64,000 bases of DNA from Azolla caroliniana (GCA_043228905.1 JBHGNT010000013.1:5518001-5582000), one strand, 5' to 3'. Shown: positions 36,150 to 49,745, counted from the stretch's first letter. A program made the numbers and translations. Notes: generated by a model not told the origin, from the sequence alone.

Positions 36150-37430
36150 ATCTCCCCCTTCACTTCGGTATGGGATATTTGGTTAGTCTGATCCGCTTTC
36201 GACACATGTCGAGCTTGTTGGGTGTCAACCCCTTGGTCAACATATTCAACCCATTCTCCTCCGTGTGGATCTTCGTCAGCATGAACTCTCGGTCTTCCAC
36301 TCGCTCCTGGATCTAGTGATACCTGCGTTGGATGTACTTCGTCCTAGAATGGTATGCCGAGTTCTTTGCAAGGTGGATGGCACTTTGACTATCGCAATAG
36401 AGTTGGTATTCCTCTTGCCAGATCCCTAGCTCTCCGATGAAGTCCTTTATCCATAATATTTCCTTGCCGGCTTCCACAACTACCATGTATTTCGCCTCCG
36501 TGGTTGACAACGGAACCGTCTTCTGCAGCCTCGACTGCCACGAAACAACATCCCTTGCATATGTCATAACATATCCGGATGTTGACCGGCTGGTATCCAC
36601 ATCAGTCGACATATCAGAATCGGTAAAACCGTCGAGATGGGGTTTACTGGAGCCGAATCAGAGGCACATACTTGAGGTGCCTTTCAAGTACCGGAGTATC
36701 CACTTTACCGCGTTCCAGTGCTCTCTTCCAGGATTGCTCATGAACCGGCTCACCACTCTGACTGCATATCCAACATCCGGTCGAGTACACACCATTGCGT
36801 ACATCAAGCTCCCAACCACAAAGGCGTATGGAATCTTCATCATATCTGCCTTCTCTACCTTTGTCCTCAGGCTCTGCTTTCCAGATAGATTGCAATTTGG
36901 TGGAAGTGTCGATCCGACCAGTCACACGTCCGACATGTTGAACCGTTGAAGCACCTTTGTCACGTACTTTTCCTGTGACAGCCACAATAGCTTCTTTGAC
37001 CGATGTCGGATGATGTGCATCCCCAATATCTGTCTTGCCGAACCCAAGTCTTTCATTGAGAAGGTCCGATTAAGGGCCTTCTTCAACATCCGTATCTTGA
37101 CTTGGTCTCGTCCGACAATCAACATGTGGTCCACGTACAGGAGCAATATCAAGAAAACGGCCGGTTCTTCGAGTGTCAACCGGCTCCTAGCCGGGTAGGT
37201 CCATATCTCATCGAACCGATCTTTACCAGTCGCTTCGGAGTTCATTATCTTCTTCGTCGACTCCCAATCAACAATGGTCTTATCCTCCATGAAGATAATA
37301 TCTCAACTCCATAAAACCTTCTTGTCGACCGGATCCCACACTCGGTAACCAAACTCATCATCGCCGTATCCGAGGAATATGCAAGGCCGAGACTTAGGAT
37401 CCAACTTCGCTCTCCGGTCCTTTGCAACGT

Positions 37431-38233
37431 TGTCGTGCCTTTCGGCTCCGGATTGTTGCGTGAGTCGAGTGGGAACCACTGAGGTTTTAGACTAGGAGAA
37501 AGAAGAATATGAGATAAGGCTAGTAATGAATAGGTAGAAGGATAGGTAAGTTATGAATCTCCTGAATCCCACGAATATATTATATTAATTGATGTTTTAG
37601 GAAATATATCCAATTTCCAAATTTTTCACACACACCCATTACATTGTGCTCCCCATCCTTATATAATGATGAGAGAGTCTTCACAATCCATGCCTTTTTC
37701 TCTAACTATAGACTATATGCTTTATCTAACATGCTTTTTATAAAGTCATGCGTTTTTTTATTGACTATAGTGTTCATGCACGCTAGATGTGCATGTGTAG
37801 CTTTTTCTTTTATCATGCGTGTTCTTCTAACTAAAGTTTATCCTAGCGTGAACTTACCTTTCTATGCGGGACGTTTACTCTTTTAACACTAATGATATGT
37901 TAGTGTAATGGTAAGGCTTCACATTATAAATATAGAGGTGCAAGGTTCGAATCTTGCCCTATGCATGTAACAATCTTTTCTTTTATTTACAAATTTGTCT
38001 CTTCATCCTGTTCTCACCGGTTCTTACTGGGTCTGCTTCATCCGGTTCTCACTGGTTTTCTTTATTCTGTTCTTACCGGGTCCTCATTATCGGTCCTCTT
38101 TGTCCGTTTCTCACTGACTCTCACCGGCCTTCTTTATTCGGCTCTTCCCGGGTCCTCCTTATTGGTTCCTCCTTGCTCCATCCGGAGGGACAAAAATGCA
38201 ATTTTCTCATAGTGTCCGAATTACACTATGACA
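37431..38233 (-). repeat. Solo LTR (803 bp) of a gypsy-type family inserted in C2 integrase; orientation inferred
   Basis: TGTCGTG...TATGACA flanked by ACGT on both sides; removing it restores the host YMHVAKD motif. Confidence 0.85.
37894..37965 (+). other. tRNA-derived A-box/B-box cassette inside the solo LTR
   Basis: TAGTGTAATGGTAAGGC...GAGGTGCAAGGTTCGAATCTTGC, with a paired GCAAG/CTTGC T-stem. Confidence 0.8.
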
Positions 38234-40210
38234 ACGTGCATGTAAGTGAGACAACCCGGAACACCTTTAGATGCTGGTAGGACACTTCCTTACCGGTCCA
38301 TACTCTTTGTGGCATGTCTCCATCCAAGGGTACTAAGGGTGATCTGTTTATCACGTACGTCGTTGTCGTCAGCGCATCAGCCCAAAACATCTTGGGTAAC
38401 TTTGCATGTGCTAGCATACTCCAGACCTTCTCCATTATGGTCTGGTTCATCCTCACGGCCAACCCGTTGAGTTCCGGTGTCTTCGGCACAATAAATTCGA
38501 GCCGGATTCCCTTCAAGCGGCAGTACTCCTCGAACTGCCCCTAGTATTCTCCTCCGTTATCTGCTCGAACCGCCTTCAGCTTCCAGCCGGTTTACCTCTC
38601 CACTCTTGCGTGGAGCTCCTTGAGGACGGATAACACCTGATCCTTCGTCTTCAGCGGTGTGGCCCATAGCTTCCAGCATGTGACTTCGTGTCCACTTGAT
38701 ACACATCAGTATGCATCAGCTCCAGTGGTGCATTCCGTCTCATCGGTGGCCTTGATTCGAAGGAAGTCCGGTTTTGCTTACCGGCCAGGCAATCGGTGCA
38801 CTTCTCAAGATGCACGTCTTTCACTGGAATGAGGTTGTATTTGGCAAGCCTCCTCATCCCCTTCTCACTCATGTGACACATTCTCTTGTGCCACAGCTCA
38901 CCGGCAGTGTCAGATGTTACGTTCACTTCTTCCGGGCATATCCGGGCATTCATCAGTTACAATGTGTTGACCTTTCGGGCCCGAGCCACTATAAGGCTCC
39001 CTTTGCTGAACTTCATGACACCATTCCGGATGCTACCCGTGTAGCCTTCATCATCTAGCCGACCAACTGATCTCAGGTTGAGGCGAACCTCCGGAACGTG
39101 TCAGACATCCTTCAACAGCATCTTGCATCCAGTTGGTGTTGTCAACCACACGTCTCCTATCCCGACAATTCGGCATGTTCCCTCATTCCCCATCCAACAT
39201 AGCCGTGCTCGCCGCCTGTGTAGGATGAGAAGCATTTCCGGTCCGGAGTAAGATGGAACGACGCCCCAGAATCGACAACCCATGTTGTCTCATCGTTGGC
39301 AAGGTTCAGTTCATTCTCCTCAGTGATGAGCATTATTTACTCTTCACTTGCCGTGATTGCCATCGTTCCCTTCCAGTCCAAACCATTTCGGTCTAGAGAC
39401 GCTTCGATTCTGTACTGTCGATTCCCTTGTCTTTTCAGAAATGCCGAGAGTTCCTCTGGAAGTGCCCTGGCTTCCCGCAATAAAAGCATGTGGGCCTCTC
39501 CCTTGACTTTGACTGTGTCCCCGACTTTTCCCGGTTCTAGGGACTCCAGTTTCTTTGTCTTCCAAGTTCCGATTCAGTAAGGAGTGCTTTGGGGTCGGAG
39601 ATCACCACTTTGTCTTTCCGACGCGCCTCCTCATCTAGCAAGCTCGACTTGACTCTTGCTCGGGACAACTATTTTCCTTCCGCCCCAGCGTTGCCCAAAG
39701 TGACAAGTAACGTCTCCCAACTATCCGGGAGGGAACCGAGCAGAAGTAATGCTAGTACCTCATCGGCGAGAGGTACTTCCAACAATGTTGCCTGGTGAAT
39801 GAGCCCCTGGAAGGCATTCATGTGCTTCGCCATGCTGGAGCCATCTTGGTACAAGACCTACATTAGCTTCCGGAACACCAAAACGTGATTAACGGCATTC
39901 TGGTTCTGGAACATGATGTCGATCTTCTCCCAAAGTTCTTGAGCCTTGGTCTCTTTATTGAAGTTGGTGTACAGGCTCATGTCGATGAAGCACCGGATGT
40001 ATGCCGTCGTCTTCATGTGCATCACCTCCCACACTGTGGCATCGATCATATCCGGCCTCTTGTCCCCGAATTGAACCGGCAACCAAAGATCTTTAACCAC
40101 CAGCATGTCCCTCATCTTCGACTTCCACACTGAGTAGTTGGAGCCGGTGAGCTTGAACATGCCGCCGAAAGGTTCTTCCATTTTCTGTGTTGTTCGCTCT
40201 GATACTAGTT

Positions 40211-40765
40211 TGACAGGAATATGCAGAATATTGCTCGGTCGCAACTGAGTCTTAGGATCAACCATAGAAAGATGGGAATAGGAAGAAATGCACGTATACA
40301 CACAAAAAATAGAGCAAGAAAGAGTACACAAGATGTTTACATGGAAAACCCTAAACAGGAACAACCACGGGAGCCCACTAGCTCCAAACTATCACTATGT
40401 CTAGAAAAATACAACAAAAGGAACATAGAGGCAACGACCTCGTGCTCACAATCTTCGCTTGGCGGCGGTTACAACAGAGACTCACATTGTATCTCTCTCT
40501 CTCTCTGTACAATAGTTACTCATACAATGATCTTGTACAATAGTTACTCTACAATGATCTGCAACCACAGTTAATGGTGTTTGCCCTAGGTCATATTTAT
40601 ACTAATATGACTTTAGGACTATCTACAAATATAGCCCCAATGGGCTTCTTAGAAACATATTTACATATATGTGCCTTCCTCCGGTGAGAGGTTCTCACCG
40701 GGCCTGCATCATCTGGTTCTCACCGGGTACTCATCATCCCATCCGGAGGAACCGAAATCCCAACA
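40211..40765 (-). repeat. 5' LTR of the C2 element (555 bp)
   Basis: Adjacent to the PBS and the TSD. Confidence 0.93.
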
Positions 40766-42428
40766 TAATCTTCCTATGCATATCAACATCAAAAACAAAC
40801 GTTCTTCCTTGTCGTTTTCTTTTTGTAATGAGCTTTCCATTTTTCTCTACAAAGCATCCACTTTGCTTAAACTTGACTTGCATTCCTTTCTCTAGTATCT
40901 GTCCAATAGAAATCAAATTTTTAGCAAGATTTGTAACATGCATTACATTCAACATATACTTTGTTTTTCCTTTTTCTTCCGACAATGGGATATCTCCAAC
41001 ATGCTGAATTTGGTGAGTAGTATTATAACCTGTCTGTACATAACCAGAAATCTCTGGTTCTCTTAAACTCTCAAACTAGTTTGCATGTCCAGTCATATGA
41101 TTTGATGTCCCTGAATCTACATACCACGTAAAAACTTCATTACATTTCTGTGAGCATTCAGCCATTGCTGCTGTTTTATGTTGCATCACAAATGCACCAT
41201 ATTTATCACAATCTTCACTAGTTGAGGCATAGTTTTTCTGTTGTCTCTTCCCTCTTTTCTGATCATTTTTCTTCTTATAGCATTCAGCCTGTGTATGGCC
41301 TGGCTTTCCACAATACTAGCAACCATCATCATTCAAATAGGTTTGCTTACCTCTATCTCGATTGCTCCCCCTTCCTCTGATGTTGTTTCTTCCCTTAATA
41401 GCTTGTTGTCCTCTTCCTTGATAATTATTGTTGTTGGTTCTAGCTAAACCAAATCTTCCATGGCCTCTTCCTCAGCCTCTTATAGCACTATTATAGAGGG
41501 CTTGCCCCTCATTCTCTGAGTTTCCTTTGTTTACATCATCTATCTGATTTCTTTCTTCTAATACAAGCATTGAAACCAGATCTAGAAAACTTGGGATACT
41601 TGTGAGAATAGATGTTTTAAAGCTCTGGTATTTAAGAATATTTCCACCTTATCATCATCTTCTACCTTCACATTAATAGAAGCAAGTGACTCACATATGC
41701 TCTTAATTTTCAGAGCATACTCATTTACTGACATCTTACCTTTTTCCAAGGTATTTAGCTCAGTCTTCAACTGAAGCTTTCTTGCCTTTGTATTCACTGC
41801 AAACAGTTTTACCAAACTGTTCCAAGCTTCTTTTGGAAGCATAACATCCTATATATGTCCAAGCATCGAGTTTGAGATGCTAAGTGACAACCAATGCAAT
41901 ACCTTTCTTGCCCCTTGATTCCAATCTTTAAATGCTTTAATCTGTGCAACAATTGCATTCTCTTCTGGGATCTCTGGAGCCTCTTCTAGGTCTCCTTCAA
42001 TATAATCCCAATATCCTTTTCCCATGGGGAAATTTGTCATTCTAAATTTGCACGCCAGGAAATTGTTTTTATCTAATTTTTCTGTCACTATTTAGCTTCC
42101 ATTTTTAGCAGCCATTCTCTTATTCAAATTAGGGCTTTTGCTACAGTTTACTTCAAAAACAACTCTCTGATTTAGATCAATAAACAAAAACAGGATTTAG
42201 GGAAGAACCGATGTTCGGAAATAACCGATAGTCGGAGAGTCGAAAATAGTGATAATGATGTGTAGCATAGGCTACATTTGTAAATAGCCCATACAGTCTA
42301 TAAGTATAAATACACTTAGGGAAAAACGTTAGTTGTGTACATGTGAGGAACTATGTAGAGAGATAGTGAGTGTGAAGCAGTGCGTGAGTGGGAGATAGAC
42401 ACACACAGAGAGTGGCGCCATAGCTTTG

Positions 42429-45400
42429 TGTAAAAAATAGCGTGCGGAAGCAAGTATAAAGACAGAACAGAAGGGAGAACACTCAGGTTTAATGGAGAGC
42501 TTAAGCTTACACGGTATACACGGGAGAGACAGAGAGAGTGAGAGAGAAGACTCAAAAACTATATTCAATAATAATACTCAGTCTGTACATAAGACGTGCT
42601 CAGTGAACACTTTTATACAAGTCCTAGAAGGACTGACCGAAGTACTAACAGTACTTCAATGCTCATCAAGAGCTCCTACACTAACTCCCAGATATACTCC
42701 TCACGGAATATCTTTCCTAACGACCTCCCGGTTTACGCACTCGACCTAACCGATTGGTCCCAACCGATCCGGTCCTCGACTTCTTCAGCCGATCTAGCCG
42801 ATGTTGAGCTTGTCTCTCAACACTCCCCCTCAAGCTCAACTTGAGGCTCTTCGGGATCTTCACAGCGCCGGTTTCTCTTGGCTTCTTGCCTTGCTCGTGC
42901 TCCTTGACCTGTTCGATTCCGCGCGCTTCGACCCTTCCGGTCGGCTTGTCTGCTCATGCGGCCCTTATCAGCTCTTCTGTTGTTGCGGTGTTGACGCTTC
43001 TCCTGCTGCCTTTTTTTTCACTTGGGCCTCGGTTGATTTAGCGTATCTGAATCAAACATCCGAACCGACTCGGCTACCTCCGATCGGTTTTCATTCTCGT
43101 CCGAGTTGGCTGTCTCCAACTCGTCTTCGGTCTTCTCGCCCTCGATGGCGTTATCTTCCCCACACGTGGTTGGCTTCGGCTCTCTCCTTCGGCTCTCTCC
43201 TTCGGCTGCTCCCCTTCTGTCCGCTTTCGGACTTTTCCGTGGGTCCACCCTTGGCTTCTTCAGCCGATCCGAAGTCAAACTTGACAACCGAGTCAACCGA
43301 CTCGGACTCGGTGTCGCGGTCTCTGCTCCTTTCCTGTTGCCTTGCTTGGTCGTTCAGGACTGTTCTCCCCCTCAAGTTTGGCACGTCGAGGTGACGCAAT
43401 CTGAGTGCACCGGAGAATTGCCGCAACTTGTCCAGACCAAGAGGCTTTGTGAAGATGTCGGCACGTACTGAAGTTCGACCCAGAAAGGACACGCTCACGG
43501 ACGAAATGGTAATGCACGTCAATGTGCTTGGTCTGTGCGTGGAATACGGGGTTCTTCGCAAGCTGGATGCTGCTGAGGTTGTCGCAGTAGATCGTCGTCG
43601 GATCTGACACCTCCATCTGCAGGTCCTTAAGTAGCCGCTTCAACCATATGGCTTCGCATGTCGCGACAGCCGCTCCTCGGTACTCAGCTTAGGTGCTCAA
43701 CAGTGCAACTATCGGTTGCTTCTTACTGCTCCACGCGATCGCGGCACTCCCGAGGGAGAACGCGTATCCGGACGTGGATCGGCGATCGGCGGCGTTGCTA
43801 GCCCAATCAGCATCGGTGTAGCCGACTAACTGCACGGCTGCACCAGTCCGATATAGCAGTCCCCGATCCTTAGTGCCGCTGACATACCGAAGTATGCGTT
43901 GCGCACAGTGAAGGTGCTCCTCGGTAGGTCGCGCCATGAACTAACTGATCACTCCGACCAGATAACTGAGGTCGGGTCGGGTGATGGTTGTCGGGCCGCA
44001 TACCTTTCCCGTATCAGGACTAAGCTTGACAGTTCTGTCCAGAGGAATCGAGACGGACTTACAGTCGGCCATCCCGAATTTGAAGAGCATACTCAGCACG
44101 TAATGACGTTGGCTGATCAATATGCCTTCGGGGGTATGGATCACTTTGATCCCGAGGAAGTAATGAAGGTCCCCCAGATCCTTCATGTCGAACGATACCG
44201 CAAGCTGGAGCTTCACCCAGTTGATTTCACCTAGGTCGACGTCGGTGATGACCAAGTCATCAACATATAGCAAAATACTAACCGGTCCGAGTCGACCTTT
44301 CCGGATGAACAGGGAAGAGTCCGATTTTGACGTGATGAAGCCCATCCGACGCAGTTGTTGCGTGATCTTCGCGTTCCAGGCACACGGGGCTTGCTTCAGT
44401 CCGTAAAGGGACTTCTTCAGTTGGCATACTGCCAAGGAGTTCGTTCCGGAGTGAAATCCGGGGGGCTGTACCATGTACACCTGTTCCTCAAGGTCACCTT
44501 GCAGGAACACATTCTTTACATCCATCTGATGTAGGTGCCACCCCTTGGCCACGGCTACGGCGAGCAAAACACGGACGTTCGTCATTGTGCCACGTGTGGT
44601 CGTCGATAAAGGAGACGAAATATCGGCTCCCGCCAAAACTAACGTTTTGTGGCAGGCCCCATACATCGGAGTGTATAAGGTCGACCTTGTTCCGGCTCCG
44701 ATTTCGCTCGTTCGGGAAAGGAAGTCGGTGTTGCTTCCCGAGCAAGCAGGCTTCACAAATTTGTGCCTTTGAGCCACTAAATTTCGGCAATCTGAACACT
44801 ACCTGTTTCGATTGTAGATCTTGAAGCCGCTGGTGGTTGACGTGGCCTGTCCGCTTGTGCCACAAGTCGATGTCCGACTCGGATTTTTGTCCCTTCGCGA
44901 ACATTGCGGTGCCGCCGTCAGTGGAGTCGAGGATGAACATCCTCCCGTCTCTGCGCCCTTGCGCAATCACACGACCTTCTTCCTCAATGAAGCACCCGAG
45001 GTGTGTAAACCGAACCTCCATCCCTTGGTCGACGATCTGTCCGACCGAGACCAAGTTTTTCGTGATTGTCAGAACGTGCAACACGTTCATGAGTTTCCCT
45101 TTCTGCCCGACATGGCAAAGGGGAACATCTCCGACATTCGAGATCGGATGCGGACTGTCGTCTCCAGTTGCGACTACTCCAGGTTGTATCGGATTTTCAA
45201 GGTACGAGAACCACTCCTTATGGCTCGTCATGTGGTTTGACGCGCCGGAGTCTACGTACGACACCTCGTCCGATCTCGGGGTGGTCTGTTTCATTGAGTT
45301 TGCTTCGTGTCTCGTCACGAAGGCAGTCCCTTCTCTGGCTCTCCCGGAGTCTTCGGCGTAGTGCGATCGTTGTCGATTTCCCTTGTCGTATGTATGGAGC

Positions 45401-46737
45401 CGTTCCCAGAACCAGTTCTCTCCGAATCGGCACGCTTCTTCCAGCACTCACTTTCCCTGTGGCCTTTCTTGCCACAGTACCAGCACTCCGCGATGGACTT
45501 CCCTTGCCGGTTCTCATCGCTTCGACTCCCCCTGTTTCCAAAGGGTCCGGAGTTGCTGTCGGCATCACTTCGGTGCCTTCTTCCTTGATCTCGTCGGCCG
45601 CCTCCATTGCGCGCTGACTCGCCTCGTCCTCCACGTCCACGAGGCCTATCTCCCTCCGTGTACAGCATTCTGTTGTCGGTGTGCGTGCTTGTAGACACAC
45701 CCGCGTGGTTCTCCTCTACCAGGAGCATCGACTGTAAGTCGAAAAAGGACGGCGTATTCTCCCGGGTACACACAGCCGTTCGGAACGCTCCGAACTTCGA
45801 CGCCAAACCTCCGAGACAGATCTGGACCATCTCGCTCTCCTCGATGTTCACCTCTATGGAGGCGAGGGAGTCACAGATATCCTTGATCTTCGAGGTATAG
45901 TCCGCCACCGACAAGTTGCGTTGTCGTAGGTTGCTCAACTCCTGTCGGAGCTGAAGCTTCATGGCTGTGGTGCTCGCGGCAAAAATCTTCTTCAGATTTT
46001 CCCACGCACCCTTCGGCGTCTTTGCATCCTGAACATAGCTCAATAGCTGTTCGCCCACACACGACGCGAAGCAGTATAATACCCTGCTCGCCGATTGCTC
46101 CCACGACGGAAAGTCTTTGTGTCTCGATTCGGGTGCCGCGTCATTAGCTCCTTCAACATAACTCCAGTAGCCATGCCCGAGCAGGTACTGGTGCATCTTG
46201 TACGACCAAGACACGTAGTTGGTTCTGTCGAGCTTCTCTGTTGGAAGCGAGCTCGCCATTCCTCTATCCATCGTTCTTCTTGTTCTTCTTCGTCAAGCTG
46301 TGTCGGCTGCAGAGAGGTTCTCAACCCTCACGCTCTGATACCATGTAAAAAATAGCGTGAGGAAGCAAGTATAAAGACAGAACAGAAGGGAGAACACTCA
46401 GGTTTAATGGAGAGCTTAAGCTTACACGGTATACACGGGAGAGACAGAGAGAGTGAGAGAGAAGACTCAAAAACTATATTCAATAATAATACTCAGTCTG
46501 TACATAAGACGTGCTCAATGAACACTTTTATACAAGTCCTAGAAGGACTGACCGAAGTACTGACAGTACTTCAATGCTCATCAAGAGCTCCTACACTAAC
46601 TCCCAAATATATTCATCACGGAATATCTTTCCTAACGACCTCCCGGTTTACGCACTCGGCCTAACCGATCGGTCCCAACTGATCCGGTCCTCGGCTTCTT
46701 CAGCCGATCCAGCCAATGTTGAGCTTGTCTCTCAACA
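42429..46737 (-). mobile_element. Complete but internally deleted copia element (family C1, 4.3 kb)
   Basis: 394-bp LTRs 42429-42822 and 46344-46737, TSD CTTTG/CTATG, PBS TGGTATCAGAGC ~46332-46343, PPT 42823-42833. Confidence 0.95.
42900..46271 (-). pseudogene. gag-pol: C1 gag-pol: gag 45315-46271, PR, partial IN fused to partial RT at ~44585, RNase H, C-terminal extension
   Basis: CWYCGKKGHRESEC, YVDSGAS, WHKRTGH, FIDDHT joined to MTNVRVLLAVA, LYVDDL, YTDADWA, ADIFTKPL. Confidence 0.9.
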
Positions 46738-46975
46738 CTATGTGCATAACAGCAGACACCAAGAGCCCTGTGTGGCTGATTCACTCAAAGGAGTGTTGTA
46801 AAATTCTGTGTTGTATATCCACTATACATAGTGAAGTTTTGTTCCCGTGGTTTTCTCTCGGTTTTTAGGGTTTCCACGTTAAATCTCTATGCACCATTGT
46901 TGTCCTGTTTTCTGGCATATCTGTGATTACACAGCCCAGATCAAAGGGATCTGTGACTCACTTGCCTCTATTAAC

Positions 46976-49745
46976 TTCACCGTAGAGGAAGACGAGATGG
47001 TGTAGGTCTGTCTTGGAGGTCTGGCGTCCAAGTTTGGAGCTTTCCGGTGTCACGAAAATACGACGAGGATACGCGTACTTGAGGCAGGACCCCGGGGCCT
47101 CCGACCAGAGGATAATCACATTCGTGCGTTTATATTTTTAACAATTAACGAAAAGAAGAAATTTAATAATTTTCATTAACAAAGGAAAAAGAAATTACAA
47201 TATGTCCCAAGATTGGGATTTAGAAGTTTTAGATTTACTAAGATTAATAGAAAAGAAAAATTAGGGGTTTTGGTAGATATGGCTTCCATAGGGAAAATTA
47301 GGATTAGGTTATATGAGTATTATGGATTCCGTAGGGAAGATTAGGGTTTTTGAGTGTTATGGCTTCCGTAGGGAATTTTGTGGTTTTTGAGAGATATGGC
47401 TTCCCTAAGATAAGGGAGTTGAGAAGGAAAAAAAAATTAAGATAATATGGAGAGTGAGTCCTAGTGTAGGAAAAAAAATGGAATAAATATGGAATTCTCC
47501 CTTGATCATAGCTTTTCCACTTTTTGTTGCATGGCCTCTACTTTTAGTTGCCTAGCTTTTTCTTTTGGTTGCATGTGACTGTCCACATGACCTTTACTTT
47601 TTCCATGCACTCCTTCTTTAGTTGCTTGTGTCCACATGGCCTTTACTTTAGTTCTCTTCACTTTACTTTAGTTTGTTGCATGATCCAATCTTTCGTCCAT
47701 CTGCGTCCAACCTCGTCCGGTAGCCGGTTTCATTTTGATTGCCAGTCGGTTTCGGTTCCGATTTTGCTTGCCAGCCAGTTCCGATTTGCTTGCCGGTTCC
47801 GGTTCCAGTTTTGCTTGCCGGCCGGTTCCGGTTTTGCTTACCGGCTGGTCTACCAGTGCATCCCCAGACAGCCGGATCGGTCCCGCGGGCATGGTGGATG
47901 AGGCAGGTCGGCACGCAATGGAGGCGGCTGGCAAGAGTAGGAACGAAGGCACAGTGAACGTGCCGACAGCAGTTCCGGGACTTCCACAAGCAGAGGGAGT
48001 CAAGGTGGTGCCGGAGGCCGGCAAGAAAAATCCGCTATGGAATGTTGGTACTGTGGCAAAAAGGGCCACAGGGAAAGCGAGTGCTGGAGAAAGCGTGTCG
48101 ATTCGGACATATCCGGATGCGGCAAGACCGGTAAGGAAGGTCGGCAAAGCTTGCACTACACAAACGGATCGGGAGGATCCAAGAACGGTAAGGGGCCAGC
48201 CTTGGTGATGAAGCACAAGGCAAACTCAATGAAGAAGACCACTTCCAAATCGGAGGAAGTGTGGTACGTTGACTCCGGCGCATCGAACCACATGACGAGC
48301 CACGACGAGTGGTTCTCCTTTTTGGAGAAGCCGGATCAATAGGGAGTTGTCGAAACTGGAGACGACACTCCCCACCTGATCGTGCACGTCGGAGAAGTCC
48401 CTTTGAGCCACGTCAAACAGAGGGGGAAGCTGATGAATGTATTACATGTTCCGACGATCACGAAGAACCTAGTGTCGGTCAAACAGATCATCGACCAGGG
48501 GATGTAGGTGCGGTTTACGCACCTTGTGTGCTTCATTGAGGATGAGGGCGAAGTTATTGCGCAAGGGCGCAGAGATGGGAGGATGTTTATCCTCAACACC
48601 AATGACGTCGGCACCGCACTGTTCGCCAAAGGACAGAAGGTCGAGTCGGATATCGACCTGTGGCACAAGCAGATCGGCCACGTCAACTACCGGAGGCTTC
48701 AAGACCTGCAAATGGAACAAGTCGTTTTCGGTTTCCTGAAGTTTAGCGGCCGGAGAGCCCAGATTTGTGAAGCCTGCCAACACGGGAAGCAACACCGGCT
48801 TCCATTCCCCACTGAAAGAAATCGAAGCCGTAACAAGCTCGATCTTATCCATTCGGATGTGTGGGGACCGACACAAAATGTTAGCATTGGCGGGAGTCGA
48901 TATTTTGTCTCCTTCATCGATGACTACACACGGCATACATGGACCTACCTCATTGAGCGGAAGAGCAAAGTCTTCGAGTGTTTCCGGAGCCTCCAGAAGA
49001 TGGTGGAATGGGAATCGAGAATCGGAGAGGAAGATCAAATGCCTACGGTCGGATGGCGGAAAAGAGTACTTTTCCGGCCAATTCAACAACTATCTATAAC
49101 AAAAAGGAATTCGGCGAGAATTCAGTTGTAGATACACACCGCAACAGAACGGTGTGGCCGAAAGGAAGAATCGGTCGTTGATTGACGCGGCTAGGGCAAT
49201 GCTGGAGGAAAAGAGCATGCCCAAGTTCTACTAGGCGGAGGCGGTCCAAACGGCCGTTTACATCCAGAACCGGATCGGGGACAAGGTGTCAGCTCACGAG
49301 CGGCAAGCTCAACCGGAGCCGGATCGGCTAAATAAGCCTGAGTCGGTAAACGAGATGAATCGGTATGCCGGTGAGCAGCCGAGCCGGTAAGCAGTAAGGA
49401 CCGGTCAGCTGGGGAGCCGGTATGCCGGATCCAATTCGTAACCAGAAGCCTAGTATAGGTTAGACTACTAGGTAATTATAGTCTCGTAGTTAGTGTTAGA
49501 TGCTCGTGTGAGCATTGAAGTACACCGTACTTCTAACAGTCCCGTGTGGACTTGTATAAATAGCGCTCATGAGCACGTTGTAGATATAGAGCATAGAGTA
49601 TTCATATAATTTTGGAAAATAGTGTGTTTTGCTCTCTCTCTCTCTCTGTCTCTCCCGCGTGCAATCTTTAACACTTCACTATTATTGTTTTATGTTGTGT
49701 GTGAAGAACCACACTCGATTTTATATATTCCATTCAATTTTCACA
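46976..49745 (+). mobile_element. Fragmented C1-type copia: gag-PR-IN (46976-47047 and 47871-49300), then a deletion into an LTR (~49303-49745)
   Basis: CWYCGKKGHRESEC, WYVDSGAS, SDGGKEY, TPQQNGVAERKNR; CAAGCTCAAC and the hairpin array mark the LTR. Confidence 0.85.
47048..47870. repeat. LTR-like insertion with internal short tandem repeats
   Basis: TGTCACGAAAA...CAGACA; about four TTAGGG..ATGGCTTCCGTAGGGAA units at 47261-47410 and GCCGGTTCCGG repeats at 47720-47850; start resembles 10818. Confidence 0.6.

Larger units (their letters stand above)
35573..40765 (-). mobile_element. Complete copia insertion (family C2, Tork/TAR-like), internally deleted and degenerate
   Basis: LTRs 35573-36149 and 40211-40765, TSD TAATC on both sides, PPT ~36150-36162, mutated Met PBS ~40196-40207, gag/IN/RT/RH remnants. 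Confidence 0.95.
33311..42200 (-). mobile_element. Degenerate AT-rich copia element (related to C1): gag-PR 40771-42115, IN-RT 33311-35572; interrupted by the element at 35573-40765
   Basis: TEKLDKNNF, WYVDSG, WHKRIGH, SDGGGEY, TPQQNGVVERKNRT, KARLIAKGY, IYVDDL; reading frame continues across the TSD. Confidence 0.9.
42201..46975 (+). repeat. 5'-truncated C2-type LTR, split by the C1 element (pieces 42201-42428 and 46743-~46975)
   Basis: Similar to the LTR at 61759-62330 (GGCTACA.TTGTAAATA, CAGAC.CCAAGAGCC, TTTTAGGGTTTCCACGTTAAA). Confidence 0.7.

Noticed and set aside
47261-47410. CRISPR-like or telomeric array
   Set aside because: Degenerate tandem units inside an LTR-like insert, with no unique spacers, no cas genes and only isolated TTAGGG words.
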